Shown: one piece after another, positions 9,997-20,028 of the stretch
Layout: every line of letters starts with the position of its first letter
Numbering within the stretch: position 1 is the first letter of the stretch
DNA from: Candidatus Poribacteria bacterium
GTDB lineage: Bacteria; Poribacteria; WGA-4E; JAJDTR01
Direction of reading: 5' to 3'
Length of the DNA: 64,000 nucleotides
Assembly: GCA_965222225.1 (NCBI GenBank)
Contig: CBDCTK010000002.1
Location: 3,680,001-3,744,000, forward strand
Notes under the pieces: model-generated
The model's input: the letters and a program-made list of their open reading frames with translations, nothing else
Told to the model about the DNA's origin: nothing
The model's database searches: none
Made by a program: the position numbers and the translations under genes

Positions 9997-11343
9997 ATGA
10001 CGGCTGAAGTTGCGGTGATGAATAAGCAAGCAATTGCCCTCGCAGCAGACAGCGCTGCTACATTTCGTGATGAAATAGGACAGAAGATTTTCCCCTCCGC
10101 AAGCAAAATCTTCACGTTGTCCAAATACCACCCTGTAGGCGTAATGGTTTATGGTAACGCCAGTATTATGGGCGTTCCTTGGGAAACAGTTATCAAGGCT
10201 TACAGAAGTCAATTAAAGCAGAAAGCATTTCCGTCAATAAACGATTACGCTGCTGATTTTATTTCCTATCTGACCGAAGGAAAGTTATTTGTCTCGGAAC
10301 TAGAAGAAGAAGAGTATGTAAGGAATTCCGTCTATGGTTACTTTAGACTCATCGTGAACCAGGTCGGTGAAAAACTTCAGCCAATCATCGAATCAGAGGG
10401 CGAACAAGAGAAGGCACAGGTAGAGGAAATAATTGCTCAAATTATCCAGGACCACTTCGAGACGTGGGAGAACACAGATTTACTTCCGCAAGTTCCCCCG
10501 GATTGCGTTGAAATTCTCAAGACAAAATATGGGAGTTTAATACAAGAAGCCAAGAAACGCTCTTTTGAGAATATATCAGATGTTTTATCTGGGCAACTGA
10601 CGGAGATTGCGCTTAGTCTTTTCGTAAAGTATCCGGAGGGTGTGTTTAATTCAGGTACATCCGGCGTTGTTATTGCTGGGTTTGGTACAGAAGACATGTT
10701 TCCTGTCCTTGTGTCATATTCAATTGAGGGTAACGTGTGTGATATTTTGAAGTATAAAGAGAATGAAGAAGAATCTACAAGAATCGACTTTGAGAATAAC
10801 GCAACGATTATTCCATTTGCTCAAGGGGAAATGGTAGCAACCTTTATGACAGGTGTTGACCCAAACTATCAAACAGCTCTAGAAGGAGGCCTGCATGAGT
10901 TGTTTACGTCGTACCCAGAGATTCTTGTAGACAGTATAGACAAATTCAGCACTCAAGAGAAGGATGAATTGAAGGCGAAACTACAAGCAATTTCGGATGA
11001 GACGTTTTCTGAATATAGAGATCGGTTGCGCAGTCATCGAAGTGAATTCTACGTGGAACCTATCATGACGGTCGTTCATATGCTTCCCAAAGATGAGCTT
11101 GCCGCAATGGCGGAATCACTCATTAACTTGACTTCCTTCAAGAGAAGGGTTTCAATGGAGGAAGAAACAGTAGGCGGCCCAATTGATGTAGCCGTTATTT
11201 CTAAGGGGGATGGTTTTATTTGGATAAAACGGAAACATTACTTTGACCGCGATTTAAACCAACAATTTTTTGCGAACTATTATAAGGAGATTGAAAACGA
11301 TGAAAGCCGAGAATCAACGAACAAGAAAAACTCCACAGGCTAA
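9997..11343 (+). CDS. Uncharacterised Ntn-hydrolase/proteasome-beta-like protein
   Basis: M-T-AEVAVMNKQAIALAADS start, KIF, and C-terminal TVGGPIDVAVI, resembling proteasome/HslV T1-D17-K33 and GG motifs. Confidence 0.6.
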   Translation: MTAEVAVMNKQAIALAADSAATFRDEIGQKIFPSASKIFTLSKYHPVGVMVYGNASIMGVPWETVIKAYRSQLKQKAFPSINDYAADFISYLTEGKLFVSELEEEEYVRNSVYGYFRLIVNQVGEKLQPIIESEGEQEKAQVEEIIAQIIQDHFETWENTDLLPQVPPDCVEILKTKYGSLIQEAKKRSFENISDVLSGQLTEIALSLFVKYPEGVFNSGTSGVVIAGFGTEDMFPVLVSYSIEGNVCDILKYKENEEESTRIDFENNATIIPFAQGEMVATFMTGVDPNYQTALEGGLHELFTSYPEILVDSIDKFSTQEKDELKAKLQAISDETFSEYRDRLRSHRSEFYVEPIMTVVHMLPKDELAAMAESLINLTSFKRRVSMEEETVGGPIDVAVISKGDGFIWIKRKHYFDRDLNQQFFANYYKEIENDESRESTNKKNSTG

Positions 11344-11509
11344 GAAGAAACCCCCTGAAAAAGTGTTTCACTCAATAGAGGAGATTAGAAAACACTTCTT
11401 CCCAAATTTCTATGAGAAGGAAGAGCGAAGAAAACAAACTTCCGAGACTGCTGCGCTCGGTTTAACAAAAGACATCTTGGAACAGATCCGATGCAAACTT
11501 TGCGAATAA
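11300..11509 (+). CDS. Small hypothetical protein overlapping the preceding gene
   Basis: AGGAGA RBS, ATG at 11300, 69 aa. Confidence 0.55.
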   Translation: MKAENQRTRKTPQAKKKPPEKVFHSIEEIRKHFFPNFYEKEERRKQTSETAALGLTKDILEQIRCKLCE

Positions 11510-11737
11510 GCTAGACGCAACAATCAGCGCGCTTTTCCCTTCAGAGGGGTGCGCTGCCCCTCCCCTCTATACGACGCGATCTAGTTGTTTCATCGGCTCC
11601 GGCAATTTCATATCCTATATTACGAATATGCCCTGGACCGACACGTATTAAATTCTAACGGTCCAGATCCCTATCCTCATATCAATAACTCCCCCTTACG
11701 CCCAGAAACCCCAAAACACGCCCAAGGAGAACCACCT

Positions 11738-14686
11738 ATGCCACAAAACAACCGCACCCCCGAAATCCAAGACTACCGACACGACGCCGCCACCCGAAGA
11801 AACAACCCTCCCGCCGGCATCGCCTCCCACGGGGGGCTCCGCGAAAAACCAAAGCGAGAATACGCCTACAACCCCCACCTGCCGCCTGTCCTCCGATTCA
11901 ACGAGACCGGAGCAGCCGACCAACTCCCCGAACTCCTCGAAAAGGCGAAGAACGGACTTTCCGACGACGAAATCAAAATCCTCGCCGACGCATTGAAAGA
12001 CCGCGCCCCCTGGCTCGAATGGGCAGGCAAACAGGAGGCGAAATCCTTCGCCGTCGATCCGGTGGCGCTGCATATCCACGAGCGCGTGAGCGCAAAAGCC
12101 ATTATGCGAGCCGCGGGACGCCAAGATGTCCAACGCCACCTCTTCGCCGACCCGCAGCAGGCGTATCACGAGGCGGTGCAGTTCTACCAGCACGACGTGG
12201 ATTGGTCTAACCGCCTCATCTTGGGCGATAGCCTCACCGTGATGAGTTCCCTCGCGCATCGCGAAGACCTCGCCGGCAAAGTGCAGATGATCTACATCGA
12301 CCCGCCCTACGGCATCAAGTTTGCCTCAAACTTTCAGCCCACCGTGTTTCAGCGTGATGTGAAGGACAAGGAGAGCGACCTAACCCGCGAACCGGAACAG
12401 ATTAAAGCCTACCGTGACACCTGGACGCTGGGCGTGCATTCCTACCTCGCCTACTTGCGTGATCGTCTGATTGTCGCCAAGGAATTGCTGACTGATAGCG
12501 GGAGTATCTTTGTTCAGATTAGTGATGAGAATGTCCATCGCGTGCGGTGTTTGATGGATGAAGTGTTTGAGAGCGAGAATTTTGTCAGTATGATTAGCTA
12601 CACAACAACCTCTGGTCTCGGAAATAAGAATCTGGAAACCACTGGTGATTATCTTATTTGGTACTGCAAAGACATTTCCCAAATAAAAACTCGTACGATT
12701 TGGCTGGAAAAAGAATTAAAGCCCGATAAGGCCTATAGGAATCTTGAACTCAAACATGGAGCGCGCCGCTATATGTCAAACTCCGATATCGAAGGGCGAA
12801 GTGCCTTCCTTAGGAAGTGTCGTATATTCAGATACGACAACCTGCAAAGTCAAAGTGGAGGCGAGAGTGGACAGTTCCCTGTCGAATTCGAGGGGCGGAC
12901 ATTTAGGATTGCACGAGGTAGCTGGAAAACGAGCAAAACTGGCATGAGTATTCTTATTCAGAGTGGTAGGATTGACCGTTTTGGAAACACGTTGAGTTAC
13001 ATTCGATATATTGATGATTTCCTATGCAAACGATTGACAAATATGTGGACGGATACGAGCATCTCAGGGTTTGCAAGCAATAAAAAATACGTTGTAGAAA
13101 CTAGTCTAAAAGTCATCCAGCGCTGCATTTTAATGACCACAGACCCCGGCGATCTTGTCCTCGATCCCACCTGCGGAAGCGGTACCACCGCTTACGTCGC
13201 AGAGAGTTGGGGCAGGCGCTGGATAACCATTGATACCAGCCGCGTCGCGATTGCCCTAGCGCGTCAACGCCTTCTGACAGGAACCTTCAACTACTACAAA
13301 CTCAAAGATGATTCGGCAGGCGTTGTGGGCGGCTTCATCCATAGAAGTGCCGCGTATATCACGCTCAAGGGAATGGCTCAGAACATAGCGCTTGACCCCA
13401 TCTTCACAAAGCATGAACCGGTTCTTGAGGAGAAGTTGGAGGCGTTGAACCGTACCTTGGAGGCGGTAACACCTGAGATTCGCACCGCGCTGCACGCCAA
13501 ACTCGTGGAAAAAGGGAAACGCGAAGGGAAGAAAGCCGTCACCGATGCCGACCGGCGGCGCTGGGAACTCTCGGGGAGCGCTTGGAAGGGGTGGGAGGTG
13601 CCGTTTGATACCGATCCCGATTGGCACCCAGAGTTGCAGCAAGCCTTAACCGATTACCGCGAGGCGTGGCGGGCAAAGATGGATGAAGTGAACGAATGCA
13701 TCGCTGCCGCGTCCGACATTGAGGAGCTGGTCGATCAGCCAGAGGTGGACAGAAAGAAACTGAGGGTGAGTGGCCCCTTCACCGTGGAGGCGGTGCAACC
13801 CGCCGAAGAATCGCTCCACGACGATTCACCGATTGGGGGTGAACCTGAAGACATGTCGGACACGTTCGAGTCCGAAGGCAGCGGTAGCGAATCGGCAAAC
13901 GCCGAAGCCTATCTTGACAGCATGATTCGTCTGCTCCGAAATGACGGCGTCCGTTTTCCCGATAACCGAACCATGGAATTCGATCGGCTTGACCCGATTG
14001 AAGCTGACGTTCTCCATGCCGAAGGCGCTTGGAAAGACGACACCGAAGATCGACTTATTGCCGTAGTATTCGGGCCTCAACACGGTCCGGTGACGGCGAT
14101 GCAGGTTGAGGAATGCCTGCCGATTGCATCTCGCCGCGGCTACGACGATCTAGTCTTTGCGGGTTTCGGTTTCGATGGCGCCGCCCAAGCCGCTATCGGC
14201 GACGATCCGAATCCCAGAGTCCGTATCCACATGGCGCACATCAACCCCGACGTGGCAATGGGCGGCTTGCTCAAAGAGACGCCAACCAGTCAGCTCTTCA
14301 CCGTGTTCGGCGAGCCTCGTACAAAAGTTGAAATGTCGGAAGACGACGAGTACATCGTCACGATGGAGGGCGTCGATGTCTACAATCCCGTCGACAACAT
14401 GGTGACCTCCGAAGGCAGCGACAGGGTGGCGGCGTGGTTCATTGATTCCGACTACGACGGCAGGACCTTCTGCATCACCCAAGCCTTTTTTCCCGACAAG
14501 AAAGCCTGGAGCAGAATTGCCCGCGCCCTGAAGGGCGTCATCGATCCGGAGCGTTTTGAAAACTTCAGCGGTACCACTTCCTTGCCGTTTCCTGCGGGTG
14601 AACATCGACGCGTCGCCGTCAAGGTCATCGACCCGCGCGGAAATGAGGTCATGCGAGTACACAACCTCGGCGAGCAGGGATACTGA
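11738..14686 (+). CDS. mod: Type III restriction-modification methyltransferase (Mod)
   Basis: NRLILGDSL, IYIDPPYG, VLDPTCGSGTT, C-terminal AVKVIDPRGNE; AGGAGA RBS before ATG 11738. Confidence 0.92.
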   Translation: MPQNNRTPEIQDYRHDAATRRNNPPAGIASHGGLREKPKREYAYNPHLPPVLRFNETGAADQLPELLEKAKNGLSDDEIKILADALKDRAPWLEWAGKQEAKSFAVDPVALHIHERVSAKAIMRAAGRQDVQRHLFADPQQAYHEAVQFYQHDVDWSNRLILGDSLTVMSSLAHREDLAGKVQMIYIDPPYGIKFASNFQPTVFQRDVKDKESDLTREPEQIKAYRDTWTLGVHSYLAYLRDRLIVAKELLTDSGSIFVQISDENVHRVRCLMDEVFESENFVSMISYTTTSGLGNKNLETTGDYLIWYCKDISQIKTRTIWLEKELKPDKAYRNLELKHGARRYMSNSDIEGRSAFLRKCRIFRYDNLQSQSGGESGQFPVEFEGRTFRIARGSWKTSKTGMSILIQSGRIDRFGNTLSYIRYIDDFLCKRLTNMWTDTSISGFASNKKYVVETSLKVIQRCILMTTDPGDLVLDPTCGSGTTAYVAESWGRRWITIDTSRVAIALARQRLLTGTFNYYKLKDDSAGVVGGFIHRSAAYITLKGMAQNIALDPIFTKHEPVLEEKLEALNRTLEAVTPEIRTALHAKLVEKGKREGKKAVTDADRRRWELSGSAWKGWEVPFDTDPDWHPELQQALTDYREAWRAKMDEVNECIAAASDIEELVDQPEVDRKKLRVSGPFTVEAVQPAEESLHDDSPIGGEPEDMSDTFESEGSGSESANAEAYLDSMIRLLRNDGVRFPDNRTMEFDRLDPIEADVLHAEGAWKDDTEDRLIAVVFGPQHGPVTAMQVEECLPIASRRGYDDLVFAGFGFDGAAQAAIGDDPNPRVRIHMAHINPDVAMGGLLKETPTSQLFTVFGEPRTKVEMSEDDEYIVTMEGVDVYNPVDNMVTSEGSDRVAAWFIDSDYDGRTFCITQAFFPDKKAWSRIARALKGVIDPERFENFSGTTSLPFPAGEHRRVAVKVIDPRGNEVMRVHNLGEQGY

Positions 14687-14714
14687 GATCTCGTCTCGTA
14701 ACTATCATTCACAC

Positions 14715-14743
14715 TTGCGCCGTAAGCCGGATTGTGATATACT
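14715..14743 (+). promoter_or_regulatory. Putative sigma70 promoter TTGCGC-N17-TATACT just downstream of mod; second copy TTGCAG-N17-TATACT at 18722-18750
   Basis: Spacing and the -10 hexamer are conserved between two diverged copies. Confidence 0.5.
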
Positions 14744-15375
14744 TAACGTGTGTAATGTGTCTAATTGTAGGGTGGGCACTGCCCACCATCTCCGACTACT
14801 AACCGTACGTATCCCATGGTTTCCTGATATTGATTAGGACTACGCAAACGTGAAACTCCTAGCCCACCGCTGGGCTCACGACGTGGCGATGCGTAAAGGT
14901 GTAACGATACTGTTGCGAATATTTTCCGTGAAAGACTTCTGGCGATGGACTGTTACACGAAGTTTACTGGGTTGCCTGTTACCCCAAAAAAATCCAATGT
15001 TTGTGACATTTTGTGATATTTTGTGACAATTCGTGACATCGCAAGAATCAAACACATTAAGACGGCGTAGATTGGGCTGTACGAACAACCTCCTCGTCCC
15101 AACCATTTTGTATGGATAGATGCCAACCGTGTTTTTCATACCTACTTTCCCGTGCAATTCATACAGAACTTGCTAAGAAGCCGGTTATAGCGTGTATTTT
15201 CGCGCCTTTTTTCCCGTAAAAGTTTCCCAATTCTGCATATTACGTACGAAGAGTATGAAATGCTGTGATGATCCCGTAGAATGCAGCCACTTGTAGTTTT
15301 TCTCTTTTGCGTTCTAGCGGAGCAGAATGTGGTTCAGGCAAACCTGCAGGTCGTTTTTGTAGGGTGCGCACTGCA

Positions 15376-15410
15376 ATCAAGCGAGTGGATAGCGAGTGCG
15401 ATAGCCATCT
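15376..15410 (+). repeat. 35-nt mini-element inserted in a family-A REP
   Basis: gtagggtgcgcactgca[atcaagcgagtggatagcgagtgcgatagccatct]taccagcc versus intact gtagggtgcgcattgcgcaccagcc at 7937. Confidence 0.85.
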
Positions 15411-15480
15411 TACCAGCCTTTGAAAGCGCCAGCGGGGCGATAGATAGCAATCTGCATTAAGATAGCCGAGGAAGCACAGG

Positions 15481-15852
15481 ATGGGTAAAAACCACGACAT
15501 CTTTGACGGCTACACCGTCAACCTATTCCTTGATGAAGATGGCGATTATCTTGCGCATCTCGTCGAACTCCCAAATGTCTCGGCTTTCGGACCAACGCCT
15601 GCCCAAGCACTAGTTGAATTGAAAGCAGCTTGGGAATTGATGAAAGAATGCTACCAAGAGGATGGCGCTCCTGTCCCTAAAGCACCGTCACGGGAAGGAT
15701 ACGAAGGGCCGTTCAACGTTCCCGTTGATGCCCGACTTTATCATGAATTAACAAATGGAGCGGCGCAAGCGGGAATCAGTCTTTACGCGCTTGTGGCAGA
15801 GAAGCTAGCGAAGCCGACATCACGTGGCACAAATAGGACAAAAATAACATAA
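15481..15852 (+). CDS. HicB-family antitoxin
   Basis: DGDYLAHLVELPNVSAFGPTPAQA...VPKAP...GPFNVPVDARLYHEL (RNase-H-like plus RHH). Confidence 0.85.
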   Translation: MGKNHDIFDGYTVNLFLDEDGDYLAHLVELPNVSAFGPTPAQALVELKAAWELMKECYQEDGAPVPKAPSREGYEGPFNVPVDARLYHELTNGAAQAGISLYALVAEKLAKPTSRGTNRTKIT

Positions 15853-16826
15853 TGTCTAAAGAAAAATCCCACGATCTATATGACTTCATGCAGCAGTTAA
15901 GCGATGAGATGGCTGCAGAATATACACGCATCCAAAAGCGAGCAGCCGAGGACCCAGGGACCGCTGGAGACCAAGGCGAAGAAAACTGGGCTAAACTGTT
16001 GAGCGAATGGCTTCCCCGTACCTATCACGTTGCTACAAAAGGACGCATCATTAGCTCAGATGGCCGCACAAGCCCTCAGGTTGATGTTTTAGTGCTAAAG
16101 GACGTGTATCCCAAGAAACTACTCGACAAGAAATTGTATCTCGCTGCAGGTGTTGCCGCCGCGTTTGAATGCAAAACCACGCTGAAGGCATCACATATTG
16201 AGGAAGCCGTGAAGAGATGTGTAGAGATCAAGAATTTGTATCCGGTCCGGGAAGGCACGCCTTACAAGGAATTACACGCGCCCATTGTATATGGGTTGTT
16301 GGCACATTCTCATTCTTGGAAGGGAAAGAATTCAACGCCTGAAGAAAATATTGAGCAAAAACTGTCGAAGGCTGACGAATTGCACGTGTCTCATCCTCGG
16401 CTAAGCCTTGATGTGCTCTGTGTTGCCGATCTTGCTTCGTGGACAATGTCTAAGATGACGTTTTTTGCTCCATGGATGATTCCCGGATATGAATGGTCGT
16501 TTCCTCAAGAATATCCGCGGCATGGCGTAGCATTGAGTTCGTATATTGCACATACAACCTCCGTCGAAAATCAAGTCTATTATTTCACTCCAATTGGTGT
16601 TCTCATTTCCATACTGTCGCACCTGCTCGCATGGGAAACCCCAGCACTGCGTGACCTCGTGGACTATTACCAAATTACAGACATAGGGGGTTCTGGTGCG
16701 GGAGTCCCTCGCCCGTGGCCTAGTTCAATATACAGCGAAAGCGTTCGCGACCGTGCCAAGTTCGGCCCCTTAGCAACCGGCAAAACCAAGAGATGGGATG
16801 AATGGAATATGGCTTTCTGGCCTTGA
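15852..16826 (+). CDS. DUF6602-like restriction-endonuclease-fold protein
   Basis: DPGTAGDQGEENW, SPQVDVLV and AAFECKTTL fit a PD-(D/E)xK-like arrangement; start overlaps the HicB stop. Confidence 0.65.
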   Translation: MSKEKSHDLYDFMQQLSDEMAAEYTRIQKRAAEDPGTAGDQGEENWAKLLSEWLPRTYHVATKGRIISSDGRTSPQVDVLVLKDVYPKKLLDKKLYLAAGVAAAFECKTTLKASHIEEAVKRCVEIKNLYPVREGTPYKELHAPIVYGLLAHSHSWKGKNSTPEENIEQKLSKADELHVSHPRLSLDVLCVADLASWTMSKMTFFAPWMIPGYEWSFPQEYPRHGVALSSYIAHTTSVENQVYYFTPIGVLISILSHLLAWETPALRDLVDYYQITDIGGSGAGVPRPWPSSIYSESVRDRAKFGPLATGKTKRWDEWNMAFWP

Positions 16827-17025
16827 GTGAGTGCAACGGCAATTTCTTCTAGTAGAAGTCTTGTAACAAAAACGGGATTAAGAGAAGAACACTGGGGCAA
16901 AGTCAAAGGAACCATCTCGCTTGAGATAAGGCGTTGGAGGAGTACCTACTCTATAGTTAACTCGCCCGCTAGGTCGGCTTTTACAGGGGCCATTCCACTA
17001 TAACGCACGTGTTGCAATGCTTCCT

Positions 17026-17140
17026 TGTCTGAATCACGGATTAACTGGATAACGCAGATGACGCGGATTAAAATCCGATTGGACCTTTGGACGAAAAATC
17101 CGTGAAATCCAGTAATCCGTGCGAATCCGCGATTCAGACA
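17026..17140. repeat. Palindromic MITE-like element with TGTCTGAATC...GATTCAGACA ends and internal (CGGATT)/(AATCCG) iterations
   Basis: Perfect 10-bp terminal inverted repeat plus mirrored internal repeats. Confidence 0.75.
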
Positions 17141-17198
17141 CCCCATTAACGTCGTACACACTGTGAACACCTTGCAACACAAATGAAGGTCCGGACAC

Positions 17199-18357
17199 AT
17201 GAAACAATTTATTGCCTATTTATCATTGGGAGCTTTTTTGGGGATGATGCCACCTCCGTTATTCGCCCAACAGAATCAATCCCCGCAACAGCTAGTCCAA
17301 GAAATCGAACTTCTCAAGAACAAAGTCTCAAAGCTAGAAAAGCAACTTCGGACTGTGGAAAATGTTGAGAAGATAGAGTTACAAGCACAACTCGCTGAGG
17401 CAAATGCAAAACTTGCCGAAGCTAACGCTAAGCTTGTTAATACAGAGTTTGAGAAATTCAAGCGAGAGCTGAGGATTGATAATGAGGAGCTGGAGTTATT
17501 GGCTTTTTGGTATTCTTAGCTTTATTGCAGTAGCTAGCGGCACTGCTGTTTGGTTTTCGCTCAAATCATTAATAGCGGATAGAGTTGAAAAGAGCCTAGA
17601 CGGGTTTAAAAAAGGCCTGAAAGAGTTGGACCTACTGAAAAATCAACTTGGAGTATTGGAAAAAGAACATACAGTGTCAATATTGCAGGATTTGCGCGGC
17701 TGGTTCCTACAGGACGAACATGACCATCCTGAACCAGTTAAAGCACTCCGTGAAGAAACTCTTTTGGAGATACTTACCGATGGAAGATATGACGACGCAA
17801 ATCTTGATTTACAACTCAGATATAAAGCCGTAGAAATTTTAGCCGCACGAAAATCTTCCAGATTAGTTTCTCCTACGCTGGAAATCTTAAATTCAGTTGT
17901 GGATTCAGACTCACACATTGATTTTCAAACAGAGAATTCCTTGTGTGGATTTATCAACTCGCTTGCACGTATACACACGCCTGAATCTTATCAGGGGCTT
18001 AAAAGATTTCTCAACCGTTTATTGACAGAGAGTCCGAAACATAAGGATTCATTTTTAATGGCAACAGTTCTTGCATTTGGCCGGGCTGCTATTGAATTGA
18101 ATATGAGAGACTCGGTTTCTATATTGAAATCGGCTATGCCCCATTTACAGGATCCTGGATACGAAGACCTAAGTAAATTGGTTGAATATTTTGATAGATT
18201 CAACGATTCTGCAGGAATAAAGGAAATCTTGACCAAGCACGTAACGAGTGGGATGCCTGAGGTGAAAAGGCAATGCTTGGACGCATTGGAAAAGTACGAC
18301 CCCGAGTTTGCAGCAAATTGGCGAGCACAACACACAACTGACGACGCCGAATCATAA
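17199..18357 (+). pseudogene. Signal peptide + coiled-coil + TM + helical-repeat protein, frameshifted near 17480
   Basis: ORFs 17199-17519 and 17476-18357 overlap in different frames and read as one protein. Confidence 0.6.
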
Positions 18358-18366
18358 GGATTCCTC

Positions 18367-18754
18367 ATGAACCAAAACCAACGCGAAATCCCAATCCAAC
18401 CCGTTGAGCGCCCCATTCTGTGCAACCCCTACGAAGAACCGAACGCCCACTGGGTCTACGACACCGAGACCGGAGAAGCCAGCCAGAATCCCGGACGCCG
18501 TGACGCAGGCTACTGGTACAAAACGCAACGCACGGGAACTGAGCAACTTCAAATGCGTTTTGTTCAAGAAGAGCAGCGGGACGACCTCTTTGCCGGTTTT
18601 CGCTAGTAAACATTGACGCGTTGCCGTCAAAGTCATCGATCGCCGCGGGAATGAGGTCATGCGCGTACACAACCTCGCCGAGTTGCGTCACTGAATCGTC
18701 GCGGACGAATATCATTTACACTTGCAGCTTGAGCCAATATGTGATATACTTAAC
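18367..18754 (+). pseudogene. Chimeric remnant: 5' end of res (copy of 20029-~20250) fused to 3' end of mod plus its downstream promoter (copy of ~14581-14747)
   Basis: MNQNQ..IPIQPVERPILC..PYEEP..HWVY duplicated, followed by a degenerate AVKVID.RGNEVMRVHNL sequence. Confidence 0.9.
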
Positions 18755-19352
18755 ACACATAAGGCATTTAGATGTAGGGTTGGATTGGCGATCTCCTCTC
18801 TTATTGCCGCCCAAGAAACCTATTTCCCCTGACAATTTGTGACATCACAGCGCCGACGGATGCCAATTGTCTCACATTCCACCGTTTGGAACGTTTCCGA
18901 TTATTGGAATATTGAGTTGCTCAACACACGTAGCTTGCATGAAGATTACTCCAAAATACTCTCACCTTCGAAGATTTTCGCTTCTGCATTCGTCGCGCAT
19001 TGAACTTTATCCGATGTGGCATTATACTTTACGCTGGTGGCCTCGAGACGCCTCTCTGATCCGCGTGAAAAGCATCACTCAAGGGAAGGCTCCCCAATTC
19101 GGTGAGCGCACTTTAGCGCACTTTCGTGAAACGGGGCATACCATGCTTGAAGCGGCGTCCGGCAAGCATTGGAGCCCGATTTTCGATACTGTGTGATTAG
19201 TGCGCTACCCTTACCCTAAAAAAGTGGCGCCAGAAAATACTGAAAAAACTGAGGAAACTGAAAAAAGCGAAATATCAGAACGACGCGGCAACAATATGAA
19301 CTGTTTCCCTTAAGTGGTCTTCTCGCTAAGTATTTGACACATATTGAAACCG

Positions 19353-19387
19353 ATTAACTGAGTGGATAGCGAAGGCGATAGAGATCC
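19353..19387 (+). repeat. 35-nt mini-element
   Basis: cg[attaactgagtggatagcgaaggcgatagagatcc]ca. Confidence 0.85.
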
Positions 19388-20028
19388 CATTCATTGCCCG
19401 TCTTACGGTTTCACGGTTTTCACTGACCACTAATCACTAGCCACTAAACACTTACGAAATGGTATAAGAAACTCCCTACGGCAATAGAACGGCATTGATA
19501 AGCATCGGGCATGGGTTCCGCTAACTGAGTAAGGTCGGATCGACGATCATCAAATCGTCGATTTCCCCTCTTTTTGCCCGTCACCTTCTTTTACCTAGAA
19601 CTGCCGCTATTGCCATTCGTACCATGACAAAACCTCATCGTGGCCAAACTTTTTTTCTTGTTAGCATTTTGTTAGCATTAGGATTCCCGGGAACCCGCAC
19701 TACCAAAGGACACTCCCATTTTAGAAAATGCTAACACGCCGCTTAAATCGACGCTCCGTTAGCATCTCTTTTCACGTTGTCGGTTCGCTGATTCGCACCA
19801 TTGTAGGGGACGATTGTGGATTTTCAATCAACCTTATGTGACCATCAAATCAACATGGAATCCGTGTTCGACAGCCGTCTTATGACCGGAAATGGCTGTA
19901 CTATCTATTAGTCAAACAGGCGCTTAATTCACCCCATTAACGCACTGTCATTTTGGAGAAATGGTATAACCTAATCACTCCTGCGGAGACACTGTCACCC
20001 AAACTTCACCAATAAACTAGGACGCACC

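Noticed and set aside
14690-18360. Integron cassette array between mod and res
   Set aside because: No integron integrase or convincing attC sites were seen.
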